The notes under the pieces are model-generated. The model was not told the origin of the DNA, did no database searches, and saw nothing but the letters and a program-made list of their open reading frames with translations. This document shows positions 8,490-17,817 of a stretch of 64,000 nucleotides of DNA, one piece after another. Source of the DNA: Nitrospirota bacterium (GTDB taxonomy: Bacteria > Nitrospirota > UBA9217); NCBI GenBank assembly GCA_029858565.1, contig JAOUEV010000004.1, positions 67,157 through 131,156 of the forward strand, given 5' to 3'. Each line of letters begins with the position of its first letter. Positions within the stretch are counted from its first letter, which is position 1. Made by a program: the position numbers and the translations under genes.

Positions 8490-10022
8490 ATGACTACGTC
8501 CATCGGAAAAGTTTTCCTTATCGGCGCAGGCCCCGGCGATCCGGGGCTAATAACGGTCAAGGGCCTCGAATGCGTGCAAAAGGCCGACGTGGTGATCTAC
8601 GACTACCTTGCCAACGAGCGGCTGCTGGAACACCGGCGGAAAGATTCCGAGCTGATCTATGTGGGCAAGCAGGGCGGCAGGCACACGCTTCCCCAGGAAG
8701 AGATCAACAGCCTGATCGTGAAAAAGGCAAAGGAAGGGAAAATCGTTGCACGGCTCAAAGGCGGCGATCCCTTCATTTTCGGCAGGGGCGGGGAAGAGGC
8801 TGAAGAGTGCGTTGACAACGGGGTTCCCTTTGAGGTCGTCCCCGGGGTCACCGCAGCCACATCAGTTCCGACCTATGCGGGCATCCCGCTTACCCACCGG
8901 GACCATACGGCAAGTGTTGCCTTCGTGACCGGCCACGAGGACCCGACCAAGCCCGAGTCCAAGCTGCACTGGGACAAACTGGCCACGGGCATCGGGACCC
9001 TGGTCTTTTTCATGGGCATGAAGAACCTCCAGAGCATCGTGAATAACCTGGTCACGAACGGACGGAGCGCTGCGACGCCGGTTGCTGCGATCCAGTGGGG
9101 TACGAGAACTGACCAGCGGGTTGTTCGCGGCACGCTTGCGGATATCGTTGAAAAGGTGAAGGTTGAAAAACTTGGCCCGCCGGCCATTGTGATAGTCGGC
9201 GAAGTGGTCAACTTGCGCGATAAACTGAACTGGTACGAGAATAAACCCTTCTTCGGGAAACGCATCGTGGTAACTCGCTCGCGCGACCAGGCGAGCATCT
9301 TCGCCGAGAAGCTCATCGACCTTGGCGCCACGCCGATCGAGTTCCCGAGCATCGAAGTAGTGCCGCCGTCGAACTGGCACGAGCTTGATAGCGCGCTCGA
9401 AAATCTTGCCTCCTATCAATGGATCATTTTCACCAGTGCGAATGCGGTGCGCTTCTTTTTCCAGCGGCTGCGCGAGCAGGGCATGGATATCCGCAGCCTG
9501 AACGGTTTGAAGATCTGTGCCGTAGGCCCGAAGACAGCTGAAGCTTTGGAAGCGTTCAGTCTCAAGGCAGACCTTATCCCCGAGGAGTTCAAGGCAGAGG
9601 GCGTGGTCAAGGCGCTGGGAGAGACGCCGGTCAGCGGTGTCCGATTTTTAATACCTCGCGCCAAGGTTGCCCGTGAGATCATCCCGGACAAATTGCGAGA
9701 AAAGGGCGCTGATGTAACAGTTGTCACCGCCTATGAGAACGTGCGGCCCTCCACGGACGTGGACCGCGTACGGAAGCTGTTCCAGGACGGCAAGATCGCC
9801 GCGGTCACCTTTACCAGCTCTTCAACGGTCAACAATTTTGTTGAAATGCTGGGGAAATCAGAGTATAAACCCCTTATGAAGGGTGTAATGGTTGCCTGCA
9901 TCGGTCCGGTGACCGCGAAAACAGCCGAGGAATACGGCATGAAGGTGGATGTGATGCCAAAAGACTACACCATACCGGCCCTCGTGGACGCGATGGCGGA
10001 GTATTTTAAGGAGAAATTATGA
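8490..10022 (+). CDS. cobA: Uroporphyrinogen-III C-methyltransferase / uroporphyrinogen-III synthase fusion (CobA-HemD)
   Basis: N-terminal GAGPGDPGLIT, RLKGGDPFIFGRGGEE. C-terminal HemD motifs FTSANAV, FTSSSTV, CIGPVT. Confidence 0.95.
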   Translation: MTTSIGKVFLIGAGPGDPGLITVKGLECVQKADVVIYDYLANERLLEHRRKDSELIYVGKQGGRHTLPQEEINSLIVKKAKEGKIVARLKGGDPFIFGRGGEEAEECVDNGVPFEVVPGVTAATSVPTYAGIPLTHRDHTASVAFVTGHEDPTKPESKLHWDKLATGIGTLVFFMGMKNLQSIVNNLVTNGRSAATPVAAIQWGTRTDQRVVRGTLADIVEKVKVEKLGPPAIVIVGEVVNLRDKLNWYENKPFFGKRIVVTRSRDQASIFAEKLIDLGATPIEFPSIEVVPPSNWHELDSALENLASYQWIIFTSANAVRFFFQRLREQGMDIRSLNGLKICAVGPKTAEALEAFSLKADLIPEEFKAEGVVKALGETPVSGVRFLIPRAKVAREIIPDKLREKGADVTVVTAYENVRPSTDVDRVRKLFQDGKIAAVTFTSSSTVNNFVEMLGKSEYKPLMKGVMVACIGPVTAKTAEEYGMKVDVMPKDYTIPALVDAMAEYFKEKL

Positions 10023-10417
10023 TTACCATTTCTGATGTGGCAGCAGGAAAGATCAAAGAGATCATGAAGGCCGAGGGCATGCCGCAGGCAGGTCTGCGGA
10101 TATTCTCCGGCGGCGGCGGATGCGGATGCAGCGGCCCGCAGTATGAGATCGCCATTGACGATAAGGCAGGACAGGGCGACACGGTGGTCGAGAACCAGGG
10201 AGCCAAGCTCTACGTGGACTCGGAAACGGCAACTGCGCTGGCAGAGGCAGAGCTCAGCTTCATCAGCGACGAGCGCGGCGAAGGATTCGTGATCAACTTC
10301 CCGAAGGGCGCTCCCCAGGCGGGCGGATGCAACTGCGGTCCGGATACGGCCTCGGGCGGAGGGAGCTGCGGCAGCGGCGGCGGTTCCAAAGGCGGCGGCT
10401 GCGGGTGCGGATGCTAG
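10019..10417 (+). CDS. HesB/IscA-family (A-type) Fe-S carrier-like protein with Gly/Cys-rich tail
   Basis: ITISD.AA..IK, GGCGCSGPQY, LYVD, GFVI, and tail ...CNC...SC...GCGCGC. Confidence 0.8.
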   Translation: MITISDVAAGKIKEIMKAEGMPQAGLRIFSGGGGCGCSGPQYEIAIDDKAGQGDTVVENQGAKLYVDSETATALAEAELSFISDERGEGFVINFPKGAPQAGGCNCGPDTASGGGSCGSGGGSKGGGCGCGC

Positions 10418-10470
10418 CTTAAATTTTGAATTGGGAATGCGGATTTCGAATCAGACGAATAACAATTAGG

Positions 10471-10584
10471 AAAGCAAGGATGTTTTCGCGCAGAGGCGCA
10501 GAGCTCGCAGAGAAAAGCAACGTCGTGATATTCTTTTTGCTTTCCTTTGCGCATTCGCGGGTTTTGCGAGAGATGCCTTGCTTT
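10471..10584. repeat. Intergenic imperfect inverted-repeat element with CGCAGAG-periodic arms
   Basis: Outer AAAGCAAGG/CCTTGCTTT, inner repeated CGCAGAG units versus TTTGCG/TTCGCG units. Confidence 0.75.
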
Positions 10585-10612
10585 TTTATGTAAGTAGTTT
10601 TAGGAGATAACC

Positions 10613-11587
10613 ATGTACGAACCTCTCTACCGTCCCCGCAGGCTCAGGTCCAGCGAAACCGTCAGACGCATGGTGCGCGAAACCACACTGTCGCCGGACA
10701 ACTTCATCTATCCGCTCTTTGTGACCCACGGCAGGAATGTGAAGAAAGAGATCAGCTCCATGCCGGGAAACTATCAGCAGTCGGTGGACAACCTGGTCAA
10801 GGACTGTGAGGAGACCTTCAGACTCGGCATCCCGGCAGTCATCCTTTTCGGCATTCCCGAGCATAAGGACGAGGTCGGAAGCGAGGCCTATTCGGATGAA
10901 GGGATCGTGCAGCATGCCATCAAGGCTATCAAACACAAGATGCCGGACCTCGTGGTGATCACGGACGTCTGCTTGTGCGAATATACCAGTCACGGACACT
11001 GCGGGATCATCAAACACGGCGTGGTGCAGAACGACGAAACACTCGATCTTCTGGCGCGTGAGGCGGTCTCTCACGCCAAAGCAGGCGCGGACATGGTGGC
11101 GCCGTCGGATATGATGGATGGCCGCGTCGGGGCGATCCGCGAAGCCCTGGACCAGACGGGTTTTTCGCAGACCCCGATCATGGCATATGCAGCCAAGTAT
11201 GCATCAGGATTCTATGGGCCTTTCCGCGAGGCAGCCGAGTCGACACCGCAGTTCGGCGACCGAAGGTCCTACCAGATGGACCCGCCGAACAGACGCGAGG
11301 CGATACGCGAGGTGACCCTGGACATCGAGGAAGGCGCCGATATCGTCATGGTCAAGCCCGCGCTCTCCTATCTCGACATCATCCGCGAGGTCAAGGATAA
11401 TTTCAATCTGCCGGTCGCGGCCTACAACGTGAGCGGAGAATACTCCATGGTCAAGGCCGGAGCCAAACTCGGCTGGATCGACGGTGATCGCGTGATGATG
11501 GAGATCCTCATGTCCATCAGGAGGGCAGGAGCTGACATGATCCTTACATACCACGCAAAGGAAGCGGCGAGGCTGATTAACGGTTAG
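10613..11587 (+). CDS. hemB: Porphobilinogen synthase (ALA dehydratase)
   Basis: RPRRLR, Zn site [35 protein letters not shown]. Confidence 0.97.
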   Translation: MYEPLYRPRRLRSSETVRRMVRETTLSPDNFIYPLFVTHGRNVKKEISSMPGNYQQSVDNLVKDCEETFRLGIPAVILFGIPEHKDEVGSEAYSDEGIVQHAIKAIKHKMPDLVVITDVCLCEYTSHGHCGIIKHGVVQNDETLDLLAREAVSHAKAGADMVAPSDMMDGRVGAIREALDQTGFSQTPIMAYAAKYASGFYGPFREAAESTPQFGDRRSYQMDPPNRREAIREVTLDIEEGADIVMVKPALSYLDIIREVKDNFNLPVAAYNVSGEYSMVKAGAKLGWIDGDRVMMEILMSIRRAGADMILTYHAKEAARLING

Positions 11588-11668
11588 CCTGATGCACCGA
11601 AATTAAGATGCTCGGCAGTGCTGATGTGCGCTGATCAAATGGAACCAGAAAACGATACAAACGCTGCC

Positions 11669-11704
11669 AATGCCCGGAAGAACTTGCCGGGCATTTCGTT
11701 TTTC
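11669..11704 (+). terminator. Probable terminator after hemB
   Basis: Stem AATGCCCGG/CCGGGCATT followed by TCGTTTTT. Confidence 0.7.
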
Positions 11705-11859
11705 TGCGCCTGATGCAGAATGCTGCACTATCTGTCGTATGTAATACAATAGTGCCTTCTAGGAACTTCTTCCTATTGTTTTCCCCGCAGAATCGGTTAT
11801 TCTTGTGAGCAAAGATTGTTGACGAATGTAGTCAACGGATATGCAGCGTATTAACTTCA

Positions 11860-11969
11860 GGTTGCGATCCGAAGCAGGTGCGGGATTGGTGATGTCTTCG
11901 GACTACTCTCGCCCGTAAGCGATAGAGCGGGAGATGAATAGGACGTTACACGGCTGGCCTATGCCAACC
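11860..11969 (+). ncRNA. Candidate structured cis-regulatory leader RNA (four-way junction), family unrecognised
   Basis: Hand-found helices GGTTG/CAACC closing TCCGAAG/CTTCGGA, CTCTCGC/GCGGGAG and ATAGG/CCTAT. Ends about 14 nt before the RBS of the cytochrome gene. Confidence 0.35.
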
Positions 11970-11997
11970 GAAATCTCAGTGAAAGGAGGAATGCCAT

Positions 11998-13812
11998 ATG
12001 TTCACGTATGTTGGCGGACGTACTGTGGAAAAGGGAACCTACTGGAATCTGTCCAGCGGAGATCGGATCGATGTGAACGGTTCTGCGGTCCTGGCCGGGT
12101 CATCGGAAGAGCGGTATGTAAAGCTTCCGAAGGCAGGGGTCGTGATCGCAGGGCCGCTTGCAGGCCTGCTGTTCTCTGTTGTGGCGCCGTTCCTGTTCCT
12201 GGTCATCATGCTGGCGCTTTTGCCGCGCACGGTCCATGCTTCGGGCTCTCTGCTGAACGAGGAAGCGCAGACCTGTCTCAGCTGTCATGGGACGCCGGGC
12301 ATGACCATGACCTTCGGCGATAAATCGACGGTCTCGTTGCATGTCGATGAGCAGCACTTCAAGAGTTCCGTTCACAGCACCATGGGCTGCACCGGTTGCC
12401 ATTCCGATGTGTCCATGGACACCCATCCCGCGGCGAAATACGCGACGAAGCAGCAGTTTCTGCTGCATCTCGCGAGCGCCTGCAGGACCTGCCATGCAGA
12501 TGAACAGGTGATGGCCAATCCGCTTCATAAGCGGGCCATTACCCGGGCCAACGCGCCCCCCTGTTCAGATTGCCATGGTTCCCATTCCATCAGGAACGTA
12601 CCCACCCAGAAAGAGAAGTTCAGCTCCACGCAGTATTGCCTTACCTGTCATTCTCACGAACTCAGCAAAACGATCAACGGGGAATCGATCTCCCTGACCA
12701 TCGACGAAGGTGGCCTCAGGAGTTCGGTCCACAAGAACCACGGCTGTTCTGACTGTCACACAAAGTATTCCATGGACAGTCATCCGCAGCCGTCGTTCGA
12801 AAGCATCCGGGAGCTTTCCATTGCCGCTTCGGACGCCTGTATGAGGTGTCATTTCGACAAGGCGACACAGCACAAGGGAAGTATCCACGCCAGATTGCTG
12901 TCCGACGGCAACCGCAAGGCACCGGTATGCGCAGACTGCCACGGTTCGCACAAGGTCGGCCCCAAGGCCCTGGCGGACACCATGGGCGGCGTGCCCTGCA
13001 AGAAGTGCCATCAGGACATATTTGCAGCCTACCAGGGGAGCGTGCACGGTTTGGCGAAAAGCAACGGTCAAAGCGGACATGCGCCGCTCTGCTCGAGCTG
13101 CCATTATGCCCATGACGTAAAGCCAGCCATGGCTTCCCGGTCGCCGAAGGATGTATGTATGGGGTGTCATCCCGACATCGCCACAGCCCATCAGAAGTGG
13201 CTTCCGAACACCGAGGCCCATTTTGACGCTGTCGCCTGCACGGCATGCCATGTTCCCGGCGACTACAAACGGAGCATCTACCTGCGTCTCACTGACGGGT
13301 CCTCGGGAATGCTGCTGAGCGATACGGTCGTTCGGAAGATCCTTGAGACCGGACAAAAGGTGAAGGATATAACACCTGAAAAACTCTGGTCGCTCTATCA
13401 GAACCTGAACAAAGGTCAGTCTGTCAAAATGAGCGGCATGGTCAGCTTGAAGGACCACCGGCAGGCGCATTATCTCGCACCCAAGGAAAAGGCGGTCCGT
13501 CAGTGCGAATGGTGCCATTCGGCGAACGCAGAATTCTTTAAATCAGTGTCCATGACCGTGGCCAAGTCCGATGGAAGAGAGTCCAGTATTGACGTGGATT
13601 CCGCGTCACTGGGCTCTGTCTACGCCATGGTGCCACTGAATCAGTTCTACGTTCTGGGCGGTACGAGAATCCGCGCCATGGACTATCTCGGCGCAGCAAT
13701 GGTCCTGGGCGGTCTCGCGGTTCCTATCGGACACGGTACGCTCAGACTTTTGACCGCACGGCTGCGCAGGTCACGACAGCAGCAAGGAAAGGGAGGGCGG
13801 GGCCATGCATAA
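11998..13812 (+). CDS. Membrane-anchored multiheme cytochrome c (13 CxxCH), Cbc-type quinol oxidoreductase subunit
   Basis: 13 CxxCH motifs counted, N-terminal hydrophobic segment, C-terminal TM helix with His (PIGHG). Strong RBS AAAGGAGG. Overlaps the cytochrome b gene. Confidence 0.9.
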   Translation: MFTYVGGRTVEKGTYWNLSSGDRIDVNGSAVLAGSSEERYVKLPKAGVVIAGPLAGLLFSVVAPFLFLVIMLALLPRTVHASGSLLNEEAQTCLSCHGTPGMTMTFGDKSTVSLHVDEQHFKSSVHSTMGCTGCHSDVSMDTHPAAKYATKQQFLLHLASACRTCHADEQVMANPLHKRAITRANAPPCSDCHGSHSIRNVPTQKEKFSSTQYCLTCHSHELSKTINGESISLTIDEGGLRSSVHKNHGCSDCHTKYSMDSHPQPSFESIRELSIAASDACMRCHFDKATQHKGSIHARLLSDGNRKAPVCADCHGSHKVGPKALADTMGGVPCKKCHQDIFAAYQGSVHGLAKSNGQSGHAPLCSSCHYAHDVKPAMASRSPKDVCMGCHPDIATAHQKWLPNTEAHFDAVACTACHVPGDYKRSIYLRLTDGSSGMLLSDTVVRKILETGQKVKDITPEKLWSLYQNLNKGQSVKMSGMVSLKDHRQAHYLAPKEKAVRQCEWCHSANAEFFKSVSMTVAKSDGRESSIDVDSASLGSVYAMVPLNQFYVLGGTRIRAMDYLGAAMVLGGLAVPIGHGTLRLLTARLRRSRQQQGKGGRGHA

Positions 13813-14434
13813 GACCTATCTCCATCCGATGCCGGTGAGATTGTGGCACTGGAACAATGCATTCTGCTTTCTCGTGCTGATCGTAACGGGCGCGCAGATC
13901 AGGTACCGCGACGCGCTGGACCTGATGTCATTCAAGAACGCGGTGGATGTCCATAATTTCTTCGGGTTCCTGTTGATAGCGAACTTCATGCTCTGGGCGC
14001 TGTATTACATGATCTCCCGTAAGCTGAAGATCTACATTCCGGACCCGAACCTGAAGAATTTCGTTCTCGGATCCTTGAAGCAGGCCCGGTATTACGGCTA
14101 CGGGATCTTTGTAGGCGAGCCGAACCCGCATCACGCTACCCCTGACAATAAGTTCAATCCCATGCAGCAGGTGGCGTATTTCAATATAATGCTCCTTTTG
14201 CTGCCGCTCCAGATCGTCTCCGGACTGTTGATGTGGGACATCAAACGATTCGCAGCAATGATCAGCATCGTGGGAGGAATAAAAGTGGTCGACTCTCTTC
14301 ATGTGTTCCTGACCCTGTTCTTTACATCATTCCTGTTCGTGCATGTGTACCTGGCGACACTAGGACACACACCGCTCGAACACATCAAGGCGATGTTCAC
14401 GGGATACGAGGAAGAGAGCGAAGTCGCGCACTGA
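13805..14434 (+). CDS. Di-heme cytochrome b subunit (cytochrome b/b6 / Ni-Fe hydrogenase b-type family)
   Basis: VRLWHW, DVHNFFG, KFNPMQQ, SLHVF, FVHVYL, HIKAMFTG. Four TM helices. Confidence 0.9.
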   Translation: MHKTYLHPMPVRLWHWNNAFCFLVLIVTGAQIRYRDALDLMSFKNAVDVHNFFGFLLIANFMLWALYYMISRKLKIYIPDPNLKNFVLGSLKQARYYGYGIFVGEPNPHHATPDNKFNPMQQVAYFNIMLLLLPLQIVSGLLMWDIKRFAAMISIVGGIKVVDSLHVFLTLFFTSFLFVHVYLATLGHTPLEHIKAMFTGYEEESEVAH

Positions 14435-14453
14435 CGGCGAAATGTTGTCGGCC

Positions 14454-14487
14454 AGGGGGAACGGGCGAAGGCCCTTCCCCCTTTTTT
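14454..14487 (+). terminator. Rho-independent terminator of the cytochrome c/b operon
   Basis: GGGGGAA-C-GGGC GAAG GCCC-TTCCCCC followed by T6. Confidence 0.85.
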
Positions 14488-14556
14488 AATTGGAGCTGTG
14501 GCGGTTGGGGATGCCTGGAATTGAACTGATTTGAATCGAGGGGATAACACGAGAAA

Positions 14557-14677
14557 GGCAAATGCGTCTCGCGCAAAGCTGCAAAAACGCCAGGGAAATC
14601 CTAATAGCAAGTGATAAAAGAGATGATTTGTTCTTTCTTTGCGGCTTGGCGGCTTTGCGCGAGAAAAGGTATTTGCC
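14557..14677. repeat. Intergenic inverted-repeat element with CGCAAAG-periodic arms
   Basis: TCTCGCGCAAAGC (14567-14579) is the exact reverse complement of 14652-14664. Outer GGCAAAT/ATTTGCC. Confidence 0.85.
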
Positions 14678-14680
14678 CTG

Positions 14681-16357
14681 TCAGTTTTGATTTAAAACAG
14701 GTTGATCTGCTTCGGACGATCCTTCCGGCCAGAGCTGCTGCTCGATCGCTTCAAGGAGCGGTCCGAGAGTTGCGGGATCGATGGCAGAACAGAGGACGCT
14801 GTTGAACCGTGACGCGATGGCCCGCGCCCAGAGGGCGTTCACCTGGTCTACCTTGTTGAATACCACAAGGCAAGCAATGTGGTCCAGCCCGATCTCGTTC
14901 AGGATCTTGTTCACCGATTCCATCTGCTGCTCGAAACGGGGATTCCCGATATCCACGACATGAAGGATCAGGTCTGCGTCCTGCATCTCATCGAGCGTTG
15001 CGCGAAAGGCGCCGAGGAGGTCCGGCGGAAGGTCCCGGATGAATCCCACGGTGTCCGTGATGACCACTTCTCGCTCACGCGGGAATCTGAGCCGGCGCGT
15101 AGCGGTATCGAGCGTCGCGAACAGCAGGTTCTCGGCCTTAACCTCGGACCTGGTGAGATTGTTAAACAGCGTTGATTTCCCCGCATTGGTGTATCCCGCG
15201 ATGGACACGATGGGAATATGGCTCCGGACACGCCGTTCCCGACGCTGCTGGCGGGCTTTTCCGAGACCTTCAAGCTGTTTTTCCAATCGCCGGATCTTGT
15301 CCCGTGCTCTGCGCATGTCGATCTCGAGCCTGGTCTCGCCAGGACCTCTGCCGCCGATGCCTCCGGTCAGGCGTGAGAGGGCGGTTGAGCGTTCGGAAAG
15401 CCTGGGAAGCCGGTACTTAAGCTGAGCAAGCTCTACCTGGACCTTCCCATCCCCGCTGTGCGCCCTTCGTGCGAAGATATCGAGGATCAGTTGGGTGCGG
15501 TCGATGACCCGGAGCTCGGTAATATCGCCGATGGCTTTTACCTGGGCCGGAGAAAGGTCCTGGTCGAACACGATGAGGTCCGCACCGAGCTGTTGGGAGT
15601 GGATGATCATGTCCTTGAGCTTTCCTGCGCCCATGAGGTAGCGAGGGTTGATGTCATGAGGGCGCTGGATCACCGCGTCCAGGACGGTAATCCCGTCGGA
15701 ACGGGCAAGCTCCTTAAGTTCTTCGACTGATTCTTCCTGCTCATGACGCGGTTTTTTTGATACACTCACCAGGATGGCGCGGTCCCTGCCGCCAACCTTT
15801 ACCGCGGCCTGAGCTCGCTCCATCTGGCGTTCCATGTCCGCAATAAACACCGAAGCATCAAGATCCAGCATGTGGACCGGGCATGAAGGGAGCACTTCGT
15901 AAAGTTTTTCCTCGGGATTGGGGGGCAGGAGATAGGCAAGCGAAATATTGCCGGGAAGGCCGTCTTTGCGGGCGACAATGGACGCAATAAGGTCAAGCCG
16001 AAGCAGTGCGAGGTCCGTCAGGTCCTCCTGATTCAGCGGGTGATCGGTAAGATGGGTATGGACAAAACGCACACCGCGCAAGCGTTTATGGCCCAGGCGG
16101 TAATTCGAGAGGTCAGGAATAAGAATACTCCGGTCCGAACCGACCAGAACTGAGCGCACCGCTCCGGAACGATCGATAATGAGTCCGACCTGCCTTCCCG
16201 TCTGAACTGACGCCTCGGTCAGCGCCCGGGCTGCTTCAAGGGTTATTACCTGGGAGGGTGGGGTTTTCCTTCGGTACAGACGCTCAAGTAAACGCAGATC
16301 AGCGGGTTTGAGCCCGGCTATGTTTCCATGGATCGACGAGATGGAAATATCCTCCAA
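14681..16357 (-). CDS. hflX: Ribosome-splitting GTPase HflX (long form)
   Basis: GIGGRGPGET, GYTNAGKST, LFATLD, DTVGFI, NKVD. Confidence 0.95.
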   Translation of the reverse strand: MEDISISSIHGNIAGLKPADLRLLERLYRRKTPPSQVITLEAARALTEASVQTGRQVGLIIDRSGAVRSVLVGSDRSILIPDLSNYRLGHKRLRGVRFVHTHLTDHPLNQEDLTDLALLRLDLIASIVARKDGLPGNISLAYLLPPNPEEKLYEVLPSCPVHMLDLDASVFIADMERQMERAQAAVKVGGRDRAILVSVSKKPRHEQEESVEELKELARSDGITVLDAVIQRPHDINPRYLMGAGKLKDMIIHSQQLGADLIVFDQDLSPAQVKAIGDITELRVIDRTQLILDIFARRAHSGDGKVQVELAQLKYRLPRLSERSTALSRLTGGIGGRGPGETRLEIDMRRARDKIRRLEKQLEGLGKARQQRRERRVRSHIPIVSIAGYTNAGKSTLFNNLTRSEVKAENLLFATLDTATRRLRFPREREVVITDTVGFIRDLPPDLLGAFRATLDEMQDADLILHVVDIGNPRFEQQMESVNKILNEIGLDHIACLVVFNKVDQVNALWARAIASRFNSVLCSAIDPATLGPLLEAIEQQLWPEGSSEADQPVLNQN

Positions 16358-16443
16358 AAGTACGATAAAAAGCCCGATTACCGTGGTGGTCTGTTTATTT
16401 CGACGGGCTGCGGCGGCATGGAAATGTCGTAGAGGAGATGTTC

Positions 16444-16965
16444 TTACTCAAGGTAGACAATATCGTGCACCCGGGCGTGATCATCCACTTTGATCCCGAC
16501 ACATTGACCCGCAACAGCCTCGTCAACATGACCGTGTTCATACTCCATGGAGGACAATGTCTGGGTGAAGTCAGTGGTATGGCCCTTGATCCGCACGCGG
16601 TCGCCGGTCTTGAGCTTTGCTCTGTTGATCTGGATCACGGCGACGCCCAGATCGCTGTAATAGTGGGTCACCACGCCGATAGCCTGCTCCTGGCTGGCCG
16701 GTTCTTCAACAGGAGGGGCCTCGACGGTCGGTGGACCCGGTTCAACCAGGGGCAGTTCTTTCTTGATGCTTTTCGAAGAGGGTCTTTTCGCTGCAATGAC
16801 AGCCGAACGTTTTTTCCTGGTCTTTTTGGGAGTCTTTTCTTTAGCGGTCTTTTTGACCGTGATCTTCTTCTTGAGTTTATTCTTAGCAGCCTTTTTTTTG
16901 CCGGAAGTTGGGCGGGAAGTCGTTGATCCTGCGGACTTGCGATTCTGTTTACCGGTCGCTGGCAT
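16444..16965 (-). CDS. Translation-factor-like beta-barrel protein with Lys-rich N-terminal tail
   Basis: C-terminal IGVVTHYY...VAVI...LKTGD.VRIKGHTTDFTQ...SM..EH...GIKV..HAR.HD.VY. N-terminal half rich in K/A/T. Confidence 0.75.
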   Translation of the reverse strand: MPATGKQNRKSAGSTTSRPTSGKKKAAKNKLKKKITVKKTAKEKTPKKTRKKRSAVIAAKRPSSKSIKKELPLVEPGPPTVEAPPVEEPASQEQAIGVVTHYYSDLGVAVIQINRAKLKTGDRVRIKGHTTDFTQTLSSMEYEHGHVDEAVAGQCVGIKVDDHARVHDIVYLE

Positions 16966-17142
16966 GAGAAACCCTCCCTGGATTATTTACAAGGCGATAG
17001 GAGCCTTAGCTGCTCTTTGGCCCCTGATTGCTACTTCTATAAAAATATTAGCACAGAAACGCCAAATTGCAACGAATAATAAATCTCTCAGGGGCACCTT
17101 GTCGTCGGCAATTTATCGTGACGGGAATCGTTGTCAGGTTCG

Positions 17143-17697
17143 TCACTGATTGAGGTATCGGTATAGTTCGATCTCGGTGCGAGCGGCCTCCATATTTCCT
17201 GCCTCCTGATAGATCCGGCCGAGGTATTGATGCACATCAGGCTCGCGAGGGTCAATGTCTTTTGCTTTGAGCAGGTAACTGAGGGCTTTCTGCCTGTCAT
17301 GCAGGACGTTGTAGTACAGGATACCGGCATTATAGTACGGCGCCGGGTCATCGGGCTGGAAGCGGATTGCCCGCTCGTAGGCGCTGATAGCCTCGGGAAT
17401 TCGGTTCAAACGCTCGAGCGCGATTCCCAGGTTGATATAGACCGTCGGCTGGTAGGCATTCAGAGCAAGTGAATGTGCAAAGGTCCTATAGGCCCCTTCG
17501 CTGTTGCCGATAGCCAGCAGATGGAGTCCCAGCTCATTGTAGCCTCGCGCTTTCCGGGTTTTTGCAAGCGAATCGGCCCAGATGGTCCCATCATCGCGCC
17601 AGAGCGCATTGCGTTCGATGGTTACGGTCAGGAGTGCTCCCAGAAGTATCGCCAGAACACCGTACTTCATGTGGTGTTGTAACATGTTTGCCTTCAA
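17143..17697 (-). CDS. Tetratricopeptide repeat protein with N-terminal TM segment
   Basis: TPR patterns (YINLGIAL...AISAYERAI..P). RN..W.D..TIW motif. Confidence 0.8.
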   Translation of the reverse strand: MKANMLQHHMKYGVLAILLGALLTVTIERNALWRDDGTIWADSLAKTRKARGYNELGLHLLAIGNSEGAYRTFAHSLALNAYQPTVYINLGIALERLNRIPEAISAYERAIRFQPDDPAPYYNAGILYYNVLHDRQKALSYLLKAKDIDPREPDVHQYLGRIYQEAGNMEAARTEIELYRYLNQ

Positions 17698-17817
17698 AGC
17701 ACAAGGTTCACCGGGAAAGATCCGTATTTTTTTTTACAGCACATATGCATCAAAGCGCCTTTCAGGTTGACGACCGTCCATCGATGTATTATATTTGGCA
17801 TGCGCAGTATGCGGACC

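Noticed and set aside
10019-10417. HesB-like selenoprotein
   Set aside because: No in-frame TGA. The motif positions are Cys codons and the gene ends in TAG.
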